From NCBI RefSeq assembly GCF_039654945.1, contig NW_027361939.1, positions 10,416,001 to 10,480,000 of the forward strand: 64,000 nucleotides of DNA, written 5' to 3'. The first letter of the stretch is position 1, and the number at the start of each line of letters is the position of its first letter. The stretch comes from Dendrobates tinctorius. Its lineage: Eukaryota. Below, piece by piece: positions 21,880 to 34,191 of the stretch. Position numbers and translations under genes: made by a program. The notes beneath the pieces are model-generated. The model did no database searches. It had not been told where the DNA came from and saw only the letters and a list, made by a program, of their open reading frames with translations.

Positions 21880-24800
21880 AATCTAACACGCATCTCTATT
21901 CTCTTCATACAGGTATTTAACTATTTCCAGCAACTTCACGGATTCCTGCATGTGTCCAACCTATATCATTCATCTTTGCAGCATATATAATAGTATTTAA
22001 CTATTTCCAGCAACTTCACTGATTCCTGCATGTGTCCAACCTATATCTTTCATCTTTGCAGCATATATAATGGTATTTAACTATTTCCAGCAACTTCACT
22101 GATTCCTGCATTTGTCCAACCTATATCATTAATCTTTGCAGCATATATAACGGTATATAGTTATTTCAACTCACTCTGCTTGTTCCCTTATGCTATTGAG
22201 GTCAAGTAACCTTTCAAAGTGGTTTATGATCCATGTAGGCCTGGACACTTGTTCATCTGCTAAATACATTTATTGTGTCCTGCTGTCCTAACTTAGTTTG
22301 ATTGATTGCTAACGAGTAAGGAGAGAAAAAAAAAGAAGGAAGATCTTAGAACTGGCCTTCTATAAATTCAGAGCTAGCCTGGGGATGCATTTATGCAGGG
22401 GGGCATTTATGTACATGTAGCAAAGTACGCTGGCAGTTATAACATGGCAGTTGGGCAGGAGACAGGTAAGACAAATAAATAAATCTACTCCCTGTACATT
22501 TGGGCTACCGCAAATATTTACCATATGCATTTGTATAATTTATATCCTGGCCGCTGCATTCACACACATCCACCGCCCTGGCATTAACTCTCTAAACTCC
22601 ATCCATATTGGCCCCTCACTCCTTTCCTCTCCTATGTATAGCACTCACACTCTTTTCACATTGCTACACAGCACAGATCCATTCAGTCCCACCATTCAAC
22701 ATCAGAGACGCTCTCACAAATCACTTAACCATCTGCTCACTCTTTCTATCCTCCTTCTCCTAGTCGCAGGAGACATTGCTCCCAACCCTGGTCCCCCATG
22801 TTATAGAAAGTCAAACCCCCCCAACTGCTACACTCAGAAACCCCTCTAATCTTATTAATATTCCCTGCATGCCATCTGTCTCTCTTAATTGTGCCCTTTG
22901 GAATTCTCGCTCAGTGTGTAACAAACTCGCCTTCATTCATGAGTTTTTCCTTTCTAATTCTCTTAACCTTCTGGCTCTTACTGAAACCTGGATCCAGCAG
23001 TCAGACACTACCGCTGCTGCTGCTCTTTCATATGGTGGACTACACTTCTCTCATACCCCAAGATTAGACAATAGAGCAGGTGGAGGCGTTGGTCTACTGC
23101 TATCACCAAAATGTACCTTTCAGGTTATCCCTCAAGTACCCTCACTTGTCTTCCCTTCTTTTGAGGTCCATGCCGTCAGACTCTACACACCCTTCTCCAT
23201 GTAAGTGGCGGTGGTATATCGTCCTCCCGGCCCCTCCCATCAGTTCCTGGATCATTTTGCTACTTGGCTTCCACATTTTCTCTCCTGTGACATCCCTACC
23301 CTCATCATGGGCGATTTCAACATCCCCATTGCTCTTCCCCTCTCCCCATCTGCTACTCACCTTTTATCTCTAACCTCCTCATTTGGCCTTTCGCAGCTTA
23401 CTAATTCTCCAACGCATGAAGACGGAAACTCCCTCGACTTGGTCTTCTCTCGGCTTTGTGCAGTGGATGATTTTGCAAACTCCCCTCTCCCGCTCTCTGA
23501 CCACAACCTTCTTTCATTCTCTATCAAGAACTGCCAGGCTGCTCAGGTCACCCCCACTGACCATATTTATAGAAACATACAGGCCATTAACACCCAGAAA
23601 CTTATGAAGAACTTGCAGTCTTCATTGGCCCCTATCTCCTCCCTCTCATGTCCTGATTCTGCATTGAAGCATTTCAATGAAACACTTAAAAGTGCCCTTG
23701 ATGAATTTGCACCTCCTATACATAGAACACCACAACACAGACGGCGACAACCCTGGCACACCCTGCAAACACGTTTCCTGCAGCGGTGCTCCAGGTGCGC
23801 CGAACCTCTGTGGAGAAAATCCAACCTACCCGAAGATTTCATCCATTATAAGTTTATGCTTCGAACATACAACACTGCCCTTCACCTCTCCAAACAAACC
23901 TATTTCAACACCCTCATCACCTCACTGTCCAATAACCCTAAACGTCTCTTTGACACTTTTCATTCTCTACTCAACCCAAGAGTACAGGCGCCAACCACGG
24001 AGCTTCGAGCTGATGATCTGGCCAATTACTTCAAAGAAAAAATTGACCAGATCCGACAGGAAATTATCTCCCAATCACCTCATACCATGCACTGTCCTCC
24101 CTCCCCCACTGCATCTAGCTCACACTCTGATTTTGAACCAGTCACAGAAGAAGAAGTAAGCAGGCTCCTTGCATCTTCTCGCCCAACCACTTGCACCAGT
24201 GACCCATTTCCGTCACATCTCCTCCAGTCCCTTTCCCCTGCAGTCACCCCTCACCTAACTAAAATATTTAACCTCTCTCTTCTGGTATCTTTCCCTCCTC
24301 ATTTAAGCATGCCATCATACATCCACTACTTAAAAAACCATCCCTCGACCAAAACTGTGCCGCTAACTATAGACCTGTCTCTAATCTTCCCTTCATCTCT
24401 TAACTCCTAGAACGCCTGGTCCACTCCCATCTTATCCACTATCTCTTTGATAACTCTCTTCTTGACCCTCTCCAATCCGGTTTCCACTCTTTACACTCTA
24501 CTGAAACTGCCCTCACTAAAGTCTCTAATGATCTACTAACAGCTAGATCAAATGGTCATTACTCCATGCTAATTCTCTTGGATCTCTCTGCAGCATTCAG
24601 CACTGTGGATCATCAGCTCCTCCTCACTATACTCCATTCCATTGGCCTCAAGGACACCGTTCTCTCCTGGTTCTCCTCCTATCTCCCTGACCGCTCCTTT
24701 ACTGTATTTTTTGCTGGCTCCTCCTCCTCTCATCTTCCCCTTACTGTTGGGGTTCCTCAAGGATCAGTCCTAGGCCCCCTCCTCTTCTCTTTGTACACTG

Positions 24801-26016
24801 CCCCTATTGGTCAAACAATCAGTAGATTTGGTTTCCAGTACCATCTCTATGCTGATGACACCCAATTATACGCTTCTTCTACTGACATCATGCCTGCCTT
24901 TCTGGAAAACACCAGCGATTGTCTAAACGCTGTGTCTAACATCATGTCCTCACTATATCTGAAACTGAACCTGTCAAAGACTGAACTCCTTGTGTTTCCT
25001 CCCGCTACTAATGAACCTATACCCGACATTGCCATTTCTGTGTGTGGTTCCACTATTACTCCCCAGCAACATGCCCGTTGTCTTGGGGTCATACTTGACT
25101 CCAAGCTTTCCTTTGTCGCCCACATACGATCACTGGCTCGTTCTTGTTATCTGCACCTCAAAAACATTTCTAGAATTCGACCTTTTCTTACTTTTGACTC
25201 CGCAAAAACTCTTACTGTTTCTCTTATTCATTCTCGTCTCGACTATTGTAACTCTCTTCTAATCGGTCTCCCTCTTACCAAACTCTCCCCCCCCCAAACT
25301 GTATTGAATGCTGCTGCCAGGATCATATTCCTCGCCAATCGTTACACCGATGCCTCTACCTTGTGCCAGTCATTACACTGGCTACCCATCCACTCCAGAA
25401 TCCAGAACAAACTTATTACCCTCACCCACAAAGCTCTCCATGGCTCAGCACCACCCTACATCTCCTCCCTCCGTTCTGCTGATGACCTGAGGTTAGCATC
25501 CACAATAATCAGAACCTCCCACTCCCGTCTCCAAGACTATACATGTGCTGCGCCAATTCTTTGGAATGCACTTCCCAGGTCAATACGATTAGTCCCCAAT
25601 CCCCACAATTTTAAGCATGCCCTGAAAATGCATTTATTCAGACTGACCTACCGCCTCAACACATTAACCTAATCTATCCCTGTGTGACACAGTCAAAAGT
25701 TTTTACCATAACCAGGTTCCCTGCATCATGTTCCCACATGCTTTATACATCCATTAGCCCTCTGTGTCTGTACTGTTACACACTTAACATTATGGCTGGT
25801 CCATACAATCAGGGCAACTGTTACCACCCACCTTTCGTGTCTCCCTTTGTTTCCTCATAGATTGTAAGCTTGCGAGCGGGGCCCTCATTCCTCTTGGTAT
25901 CTGTTATGATCTATGTGATTATTGTTATGCTTGTATTGTCTGTAGAAGTCCCCTCTGAAATGTAAAGTGCTGCGGAATGTGTCGGCGCTATAGAAATAAA
26001 TAATATTATTATTATT
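21880..26016 (+). mobile_element. L2-clade LINE, near full-length ORF2 (APE endonuclease + RT) with stops and frameshifts
   Basis: WNSRS, LTETW, YRPPG, MGDFN, LDLVF, SDHNL (APE); [25 protein letters not shown] (RT); 3' stem-loop region and (ATT)n tail. Confidence 0.93.
21912..22156 (+). repeat. 80-bp tandem repeat x3 at the 5' end of the L2
   Basis: GTATTTAACTATTTCCAGCAACTTCAC-containing units start at 21912, 21992 and 22072. Confidence 0.9.
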
Positions 26017-28329
26017 ACACGTGCGGCTCTGCTCAGTACACCTCGTACACGTGCGGCTCTGCTCAGTACACCTCGTACACGTGCGGCTCTGCTCCGTACA
26101 CGTGCGGCTCTGCTCCGTACACGTGCGGCTCTGCTCCGTACACGTGCGGCTCTGCTCCGTACACCTCATACACGAGCGGCTCTGCTCCATACACCTCGTA
26201 CACGTGCGACTCCGCTCCGTACACATGCGGCTCCGCTCCGTACACCTCGTACGCGTGCGGCTCCGCTCCGTACACCTCGTACGCGTGCGGATCCGCTTCG
26301 TACACCTCGTACATGTGTGGCTCCGCTCCGTACACCTTGTAGACGTGCGGCTCTGCTCCTTACACCTCATACACATGCGGCTCCGCGCCGTACACCTCGT
26401 ACACTTGCGGCTCTGCTCCGTACACCTCGTACACGTGTGGCTCAGCTCCGTACACACATGGCTCCGCTCCGTACACACACGGCTCAGCTCCGTACACTTG
26501 CGGCTCTGCTCCGTACACCTCGTACACGTGCGGCTCTGCTCCGTACACACATGGCTCCGCTCCGTACACACACGGCTCAGCTCCGTACACGTGCGGCTCC
26601 GCTCCGTGCACCTCATACACGTGCGGCTCCGCTCCATACACCTCGCACACGTGCGGCTCCACCACGTACACACACGGCTCAGCTCCGTGCACCTCGTACA
26701 CGTGCGGCTCCGCTCCATGCACCTCGTACACACACACGGCTACGCTCTGTACACCTCACACACACACACATGGCTCCGCTCCGCACACCTCACACACACG
26801 CGGCTTCGCTCCGCACACCTCACACACACACACATCTCCACTCCATACACCTCACACACACACACGGCTCCGCTCCGTACACCTTGCACACATACGATTC
26901 CGTTCCGTACACATCGTACACACACACGGCTCCGCTCCGTACACACACAGCTCTGCTCCTTACACCTCGCACACACACGGCTCCGCTCTGTATACCTCGT
27001 ACACACACAGATCTGCTACATCCACCCTGTAAACTCCCCTGACCCCACACATAAACTTACTTCCCCTCATCCAGCACGATGACAACCAGCACAGCAGAGT
27101 CCTGCATAAAACAAGGGCTAGGGCTGTGCACAGGACCTGTGATGAGGTCACAGGAGGGGAGGAGTCAGGGGTCACATGATCAGGGGGCCCTGACTCCTTC
27201 CCTCCTGTGACTTCATCAATTACAACAAGCCTCTTGCACGACCGCAGCACCAGCGTGCAGAAGAGGCTAAATTGTAGGTGCTGTGGGTAGAGGAGTGCAT
27301 AATGCCGCAGCCCTCTGCTGCCTGCCGCTTGAACAGCTAGCTCAACTCAAATCATTATAGCTGCGCCCCTGCATGTGGTGCTGGAGACTGGAGGGGCCCC
27401 CGTTCAATGCACGGGCTGCACAGGCGGTAGGTCCGCCCCTGGCCCGAAGGCTGATGAGGGTGAGAGAGAGAGCGAGGTGAACAGCCCTGCCTAGAAGCCT
27501 TACGAAATTCCCACCCGGAAGCGGTGGGCAGGGCCCTGCTCTGGCCTCCTGGAGCACCAAGATGATACAGAAAGAGGAAGCCGGGGGCAGAGCCTGCCAG
27601 AAGCCGGAATCTAGCGTCGGCCTTGCTGGGATCCTGCTGGAGCCCGGGGCCATAACTCTGCCATGGGAGGAGGCTAGAACCGCGCTGCACTGTGTGCTTG
27701 AAAGTGTTGGCTCTTAACATAAGTATAGAGCCATGGGCTGTAAGCCCGAGTGCTGACTACAGCCGTCACATTCAGCCAGAGAAGCTGGTAAGCGGACCAT
27801 ACAACGCTGCAGCCTCTTACCTCCAGTTCACCCCGTAACAGGGGTCGGTTATTCGGTTATCTGCATGAAAAGATTGCTGTCACAAACTTTATCTCCAGGG
27901 TGTCTCTCTCGATCATCAGGCTCCGATGGGAGAGTGATGGGAGATGAAGGTCAGGACCAGGAGCTGCCTCCTGAACACGAGTCCTGTGTTAGGGGATAGG
28001 GTCCTGCCCGTGGGATTCATGAGGATATGGGGTGGCAGTACACGCCTTACTCATGATCCCGGTGTGGGAATACAGATGTAGCAGCTCTACTCTGTATCCC
28101 TCCATGGTTACCTGAAAAGGAACGACACACATTGAGGTAGGCATGGGTCTGCGAGAGACCCCTGTCCACCTCCTGCTGACACTAAGCAAAACTGATTGTC
28201 CTACAGCCTGTAGGAGGGGTGTATACTGCAGAGGCGGAGTTAACATTTTTTTCATGCATAGTGCCAACCTCCTAGTGACAGCAGCACACACCCACGGTTT
28301 CGGTGTCCCCCAATGAGACGAAAGAGAAA

Positions 28330-30441
28330 GATGTTCTGCGCCTGGAATCCAGCAAAACTCCCAAAAATGTATCCTTCTTTCTGGGGTTAAGTCTGATTTT
28401 TTTCTGTTTATGGTCCAGCCGAGGAATTCCATTATGGTTATGGTCATTCCCCTGTGTCATAGTAACATAGTAACATAGTAATTAAGGTTGAAGGGAGACT
28501 TTAAGTCCATCTAGTTCAACCCATATCCTATCCTAACTTGCCCTAACATGTTGATCCAGAGGAAGGCAAAAAAAACCCATGTGGCAACAGTAAGCTTCAC
28601 ATTGGGGAAAAAAATTCCTTCCCGACTCCACATACGGCAATCAGACTAGCTCCCTGGATCAACGCAATATTAAGGAGACTAGTGTATATACCCTGTAATA
28701 TTATACTTTTCAAGAAAGGCATCCAGTCCCTTCTTAAATTTTAGTAGTGAATCACTCATTACAACATCATATGGCAGAGAGTTCCATAGTCTCACTGCTC
28801 TTACAGTAAAGAATCCGCGTCTGTGAGTATGCTTAAACCTTCTTTCCTCCAGACGTAGAGGATGCCCCCTTGTCCCCGTCACAGGTCTAAGAGTAAAAAG
28901 ATCATTAGAAAGGTCTTTGTATTGACCGGAGTTCCTCTGCCGAGCCTGCCACCAGGAGGAAATCGTCCAGATATGGTACAATAATGATGCCCTGGTTTAT
29001 TAGAAAGGTTACCACTTCTGCGACCAGCTTGGTAAAGATTCGGGGAGCTGACGCCAGGCCAAGTGCAAGGCATTGAAACTGAAAGTGGCAGGTCCGCTCC
29101 TGAAGCCTCACCGCGAATCTCAGGTATCTTTGGGATGACGGGTGGTCAGGAACATGATGATAGGCGCTTTTCAGGTCAAGGGTGCACATTAAGGCATCTT
29201 TGTCTATTAGGTGGACCGTGGATTTTACCGACTCCATCCTGAACCTTTTGTAAGTGACCCAGGTGTTTAAGGGTTTTAGATATATTATCATGCGGGACTC
29301 TCCCGATGACTTTATTATGGTGAACAGAGAGGAGTAGTGGCCCTCGCCTGTCTCTGCCTGGGGAACTGGGACTATAACGGCCGTGCTGATTAGGTCGTTT
29401 AAGTCTACCTCCATGGGGGAGCCTGGTTTTACAACTAGAGGCGTGATGGCTCTCTTGGGGGGAAGGGAAGAGAACTCTATCTTGAATCCCTCTGATATGG
29501 TCTTTAAGACCCACTGGTTCTGGGTAATCTGGGCCCAGCTTGCTGAGAAATGCCTGAGGCGCCCCCCCAATCAAGATGGCGTAATTTCCTTCTTGATTTT
29601 GAGCCGGATCCAAACAGGGAACTTCTGCTTTTCCCCTCCTCTACTGTGGGTACTACCATAGGGACTCCTAGAGGACTTTCCCTGGTTCCTATACTCTGGC
29701 TGCCTCCAAGAGGTGCACAGCCTACAAAAGGACTGATTCCTTTTAACTCACTCCTCCGGGAACCCTTTCTTTTTATCAGCAGCCTTCTCTAAAATGTCAT
29801 CCAGAGCAAGGCCGATCACTCTCAGCCCGGAAAAAAGAATGGAGCAGAGCTTATTCTTTAAAGCTCCATCCCCCGACCAGGTTTTCAGCCAGATAGCTCT
29901 ACGAGCTGTGTTGGAAAGTGAACTATTTCTGGCTGAGAATCTCACTGATTCAGCTAAAGTATCCGCTAAAAAGGCCTTGGGTGATTTCATTAGCGGAAGG
30001 GAAGAGAAGATCTCTTTCCTTGGGGTTTTATTAGACAAATGTTCCTCCAGCTGTTCCATCCACAGGAACATGGATCTGGCCACTGAGGTAGCGGCTATGT
30101 TTGTTTTAATTAAAGCAGCTGAAGACTCCCAGGCTCTTTTCAGTAGGCTCTACCCACGAGCATAGTCCGCTCACTGGTCTTTGTGGCTGAGGGACTCCCA
30201 CCCAGGAGAGTGTCAGCCCCGGGCTTCTTGACAGGGGGAAGGTTTGGACCAGCCACCCGATCCCCCTGGCCACATCCGGTAAGCAGAGCTTCCTCTTGTG
30301 GGTCCCTCCTTGCAGGGACAGGAAAAACATTGAAGGAATAGGGGTGGGGAGGGGCCTTTTAACCTCTTGTGTGCTTTTCTGTCCCTGTAAGGAGGACGAC
30401 GATGACCTCCATGATGCTGTCAGGAGGGACATCTTGGAAAA
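28330..30441 (-). mobile_element. DIRS-B 5' part (terminal repeat, deleted gag, RT N-terminus), interrupted by CR1
   Basis: GGRLRHFSASW; TLDLKSAYHHV; LGLASAPRIFTK; PYLDDFLLV; ARRAIWLKTWSGD (gag). Probable terminus TTTTCCAAGATGTCCCTCCTGACAGC at ~30441. Confidence 0.82.
28458..28922 (-). mobile_element. CR1 LINE 3' fragment
   Basis: TRGHPLRLEERRF..RRGFFTVRAVRLWNSLP..KFKKGLDAFL (CR1 ORF2 C-terminus); 8-bp (TGTTACTA)n tail at 28458-28480. Confidence 0.9.
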
Positions 30442-30997
30442 ATAAAATTGTAATCTAATAATGGACGGATCGTCCGAGAGTTCATGTCTAATAAAGCTGC
30501 AGGGAATCCTGAAGAGTCACTGCCAGGTCCTGTATTGTGGTTTGGGGAGTTGGGTGGGACTGGATGTCATTGAGACCAGTTGAATATGGAGTCTTTATTG
30601 GCATTTTTCCATAGGAAATTATACTATCGAAACAGCTGTCTATAGATGGGTGTCTGGCTTGGCAAATATTTTGGTTATGTTGCAATGCTCATGAAAGTGT
30701 AAGGCTTTGTCTTCAGGGCAGGTGCCACAATATAGGTGGCAGTAACTAAATAGTTTTCATTCCACAGTATTATGGTAAAGTTCACTATTTTCTGAATAGC
30801 CCAGCTATGTACAGCTTAGACATATATTCTGCCTCTCTGAGTGCACTTTTGTGCAAACAGCATCATCAAGCTCCGCTTCCGGCAGCTCCTTTTGCAGTTG
30901 CAGACCAATTACCAGGGCTGTGGAGTCGGTAAGCCAAACCTGCGACTCCGACTCCTCAATTTCCCTTACAACAACTCCAACTCCACGACTCCGACAG

Positions 30998-33900
30998 TGA
31001 TTCATGACCTCTTTCTCTCTCACAACCTTGCCTTCCTCGGCCTCACAGAAACATGGCTGGCACCCTCTGACACCGCCTCCCCTGCTGCGCTGTGTTACGG
31101 CGGCCTCCACTTTACTCACACTCCTCGCCCTGGCAACAGACACGGTGGAGGAGTGGGTCTTCTCCTTTCTTCCAACTGCACCTTCAACCCAATCCCACCT
31201 CTTCCCTCCCTAATCCTCCCCTCTTTTGAAGTCCACTCTGTCCACATCTACTCTCCCTCCAACCTCCAAGTGGCCGTCATATACCGACCTCGAGGCCCAA
31301 CCACTGCCTTCATTGACCAATTCTCTACCTGGCTTCTTCATTTTCTTTCAACCGACACCCCCACTATCATCATGGGTGACTTCAACATCCCCACTGATAC
31401 CCTTCAGTCAGCAGCCTCCAAACTCCTGTCCCTTACTTCATCCTTTGGACTTACTCAGTGGTCCTCCTCAGCCACCCACACAGATGGACACACATTAGAC
31501 CTGGTCTTCACCCGTCTCTGCTCTCTTTCTAACTTCACCAACTCCCCTCTCCCTCTGTCTGACCATCATCTACTCACTTTCTCATCCCTGTCCTCCTCAC
31601 CTGGCACCCATGTCCAGCAACATGCACACCCCCGCAGAAACCTTGCACACCTAGACACCCACGTGCTCTCTGACTCTATTCTACCACTGGCATCCATATC
31701 CTCACTCCATGACACAGACAGTGCCACTGCTTTCTACAATGCCACTCTCGCATCAGCTATTGACACGGTTGCCCCTCTCGTTCATGGCAGAATGCGACGT
31801 ATCAACAGACAACCCTGGCACAATACCACCACTAAAAAGCTCCGGCAAGTGTCCAGGATTGCAGAGCGGCGCTGGAAGAAAACAAATTCGCAAGACGACT
31901 TCACCACATTCAAAAGGCAACACTCGATTTCAAATCTGCCCTCACCTCTGCTAAACAGGCCTACTTCACAACCCTCGTATCTTCCCTATCTTACAACCCA
32001 AAACAGTTATTCAAAACTTTTAACTCCCTCCTCCGCCCACCACTGCCTCCTCCAACCTCCCTCATCTCTGCCGAGGACTTTGCCACACACTTCAAAAACA
32101 AGATTGACCAAACAAGGCAAGTATTCATCACTCAACCACCACAACCCCTTTGTATACCAGACCAATGCCCAAACCCCATAACCTCACTCTCCAACATCAC
32201 TGAAGGGGAGCTTAATCGCCTCTTCTCCAAATCGCACCTCACAACCTGTGCACTCGACCCCATCCCATCCCACCTCCTCCCCAACCTCACCACCACAATT
32301 ATCCCATCGCTAACCCATCTCTTCAACCTATCACTAACGTCCGGTACCTTCCCTTCTGCTTTGAAGCATGCCACAATCACGCCTATCCTTAAAAAGCCAA
32401 CCCTCGACCCAACCGCTATGTCTAGCTATCGCCCAATATCATTGCTTCCATTCGCTTCCAAACTCCTGGAACAGCATGTCCACGCTGAACTTTCCTCCCA
32501 CCTATCATCTAACTTGCTCTTTGACAATCTACAATCTGGTTTCCGCCCCCATCACTCCACTGAGACAGCCCTGACCAAAATTACTAACGACCTACTTACA
32601 GCCAAATCAAATGGACAATACTCTATACTCTTGCTTCTAGACCTGTCAACTGCATTTGACACAGTTGACCACCGCCTCCTACTACAGATCCTCTCCTCCT
32701 TCGGCATCAAAGGCCTTGCCCTATCCTGGATCTCCTCATACCTTTCCAACCGCACATTCAGCGTCTCTCACTCCCACACCACCTCCTCATCCCACCCTCT
32801 CTCTGTTGGAGTCCCCCAAGGATCTGTTTTAGGACCCCTACTCTTCTCAATCTATACACTTGGTCTGGGGAAACTCATAAAGTCCCACGGATTCCACTAC
32901 CACCTTTATGCTGATGACACTCAGATCTACCTCTCTGGCCCAGACGTCACCTCTCTGCTGTCCAGAATCCCAGAGTGTCTATCAGCCATATCCTCCTTCT
33001 TCTCCTCTCGCTTCCTCAGACAAATCTGAACTCATCATCTTTCCTCCATCTCACAGATCTTCCTTACCCGACCTAGCTATAACAATTAATGACATCACAC
33101 TTTCCCCAGTACCAGAAGTCCGCTGCCTCGGAGTAACATTTGACTCTGCCCTGTCCTTCAAACCGCACATCCAAGCTCTTTCTACCTCCTGTCGCCTCCC
33201 GCTCAAAAATATTTCCAGAATCCGTCCTTTCCTCAACCCTCAATCTACTAAAATGCTTGTGCATGCCCTCATCATCTCCCGCCTCGACTACTGCAACATC
33301 CTTTTCTGTGGTCTCCCTGCTAACACCCTTGCACCTCTTCAGTCCATCCTTAACTCTGCCGCCCAACTAATTCATCTCTCTCCTCGCTACTCCTCCGCTT
33401 CTCCGCTCTGCAAATCTCTTCACTGGCTCCCATTCCCTCAGCGTATCCAGTTCAAATTACTAATTCTGACCTACAAGGCCATCTATAACCTGTCTCCCCC
33501 ATATGTCTCTGAACTAATCTCCCGATACCTTCCCTCACGTAATCTCCGGTCCTCCCAAGACCTCCTTCTCTCCTCCACACTTATTTGCTCCTCACCCAAC
33601 CGCCTCCAAGACTTCTCCCGAATAGCCCCTATTCTCTGTAATTCTTTGCCCCAACAAGTCCGACTATCAACCACACTTGGAAACTTCAGACGGAACCTGA
33701 AAACCCACCTCTTCAAGAAAGCCTACAGCCTGCAATGACCCCGCTAAATCCTTCTCTCTCACCACTACCGGTGATATCACCTCAACCAACACCGGAACTG
33801 CTGCTGTGACCTACCAACCTACTGTTTCCTTCCCCACCATCCTGTATCATGTAAGCCCGAAAGGGCAGGGTCCTCTCTCCCCTCTGTATCAGTCTGTCAT

Positions 33901-34008
33901 TGTTAGTTTGTTTACTGTAAGTGATATCTGTAATTTGTATGTAACCCCTTCTCATGTACAGCACCATGGAACCAATGGTGCTATATAAATAAATAACAAT
34001 AATAATAT
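30998..34008 (+). mobile_element. L2-clade LINE, 5'-truncated within the endonuclease, frameshifted
   Basis: [47 protein letters not shown]; AAT-rich tail. Confidence 0.93.
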
Positions 34009-34191
34009 TTAAGTGAAAAATTTATTGTAGTACAATGTGAACATCAGACATTTAATCATTTCTATGATCCAATAATCAAGATATTTAGATAGAACATAAT
34101 ATCTGTTTATTGGAATACAACTTTAGAACACAAAAAAACTGTAATAAATTGTAAATATGTAATACACTATGTAATATCAATTACATATATA

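Larger units (their letters stand above)
20930..27010 (+). repeat. 30/21-bp minisatellite (ACACGTGCGGCTCTGCTCCGTACACCTCGT), split by a solo LTR and an L2
   Basis: Units visible at ~20930-21188, 21711-21880 and 26017-27010. Confidence 0.9.
14521..28329 (-). mobile_element. DIRS-A: DIRS1-like tyrosine-recombinase retrotransposon with both inverted terminal repeats and ICR, inflated by nested insertions
   Basis: ITRs at ~14521-14700 and ~28170-28329 are reverse complements; ICR at ~14775-14872; gag, RT, RNase H, methylase and YR ORF fragments between 14959 and 19330. Confidence 0.88.

Noticed and set aside
25885-27082. Long Cys/His/Arg-rich ORFs (282-353 aa) on both strands
   Set aside because: Translations of the 30/21-bp minisatellite (unit lengths divisible by 3); no domain or splice support.
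30841-32181. 446-aa ORF as a novel fusion gene
   Set aside because: Chance read-through from Tc1/hAT sequence into a truncated L2 endonuclease; starts at GTG and frameshifts downstream.
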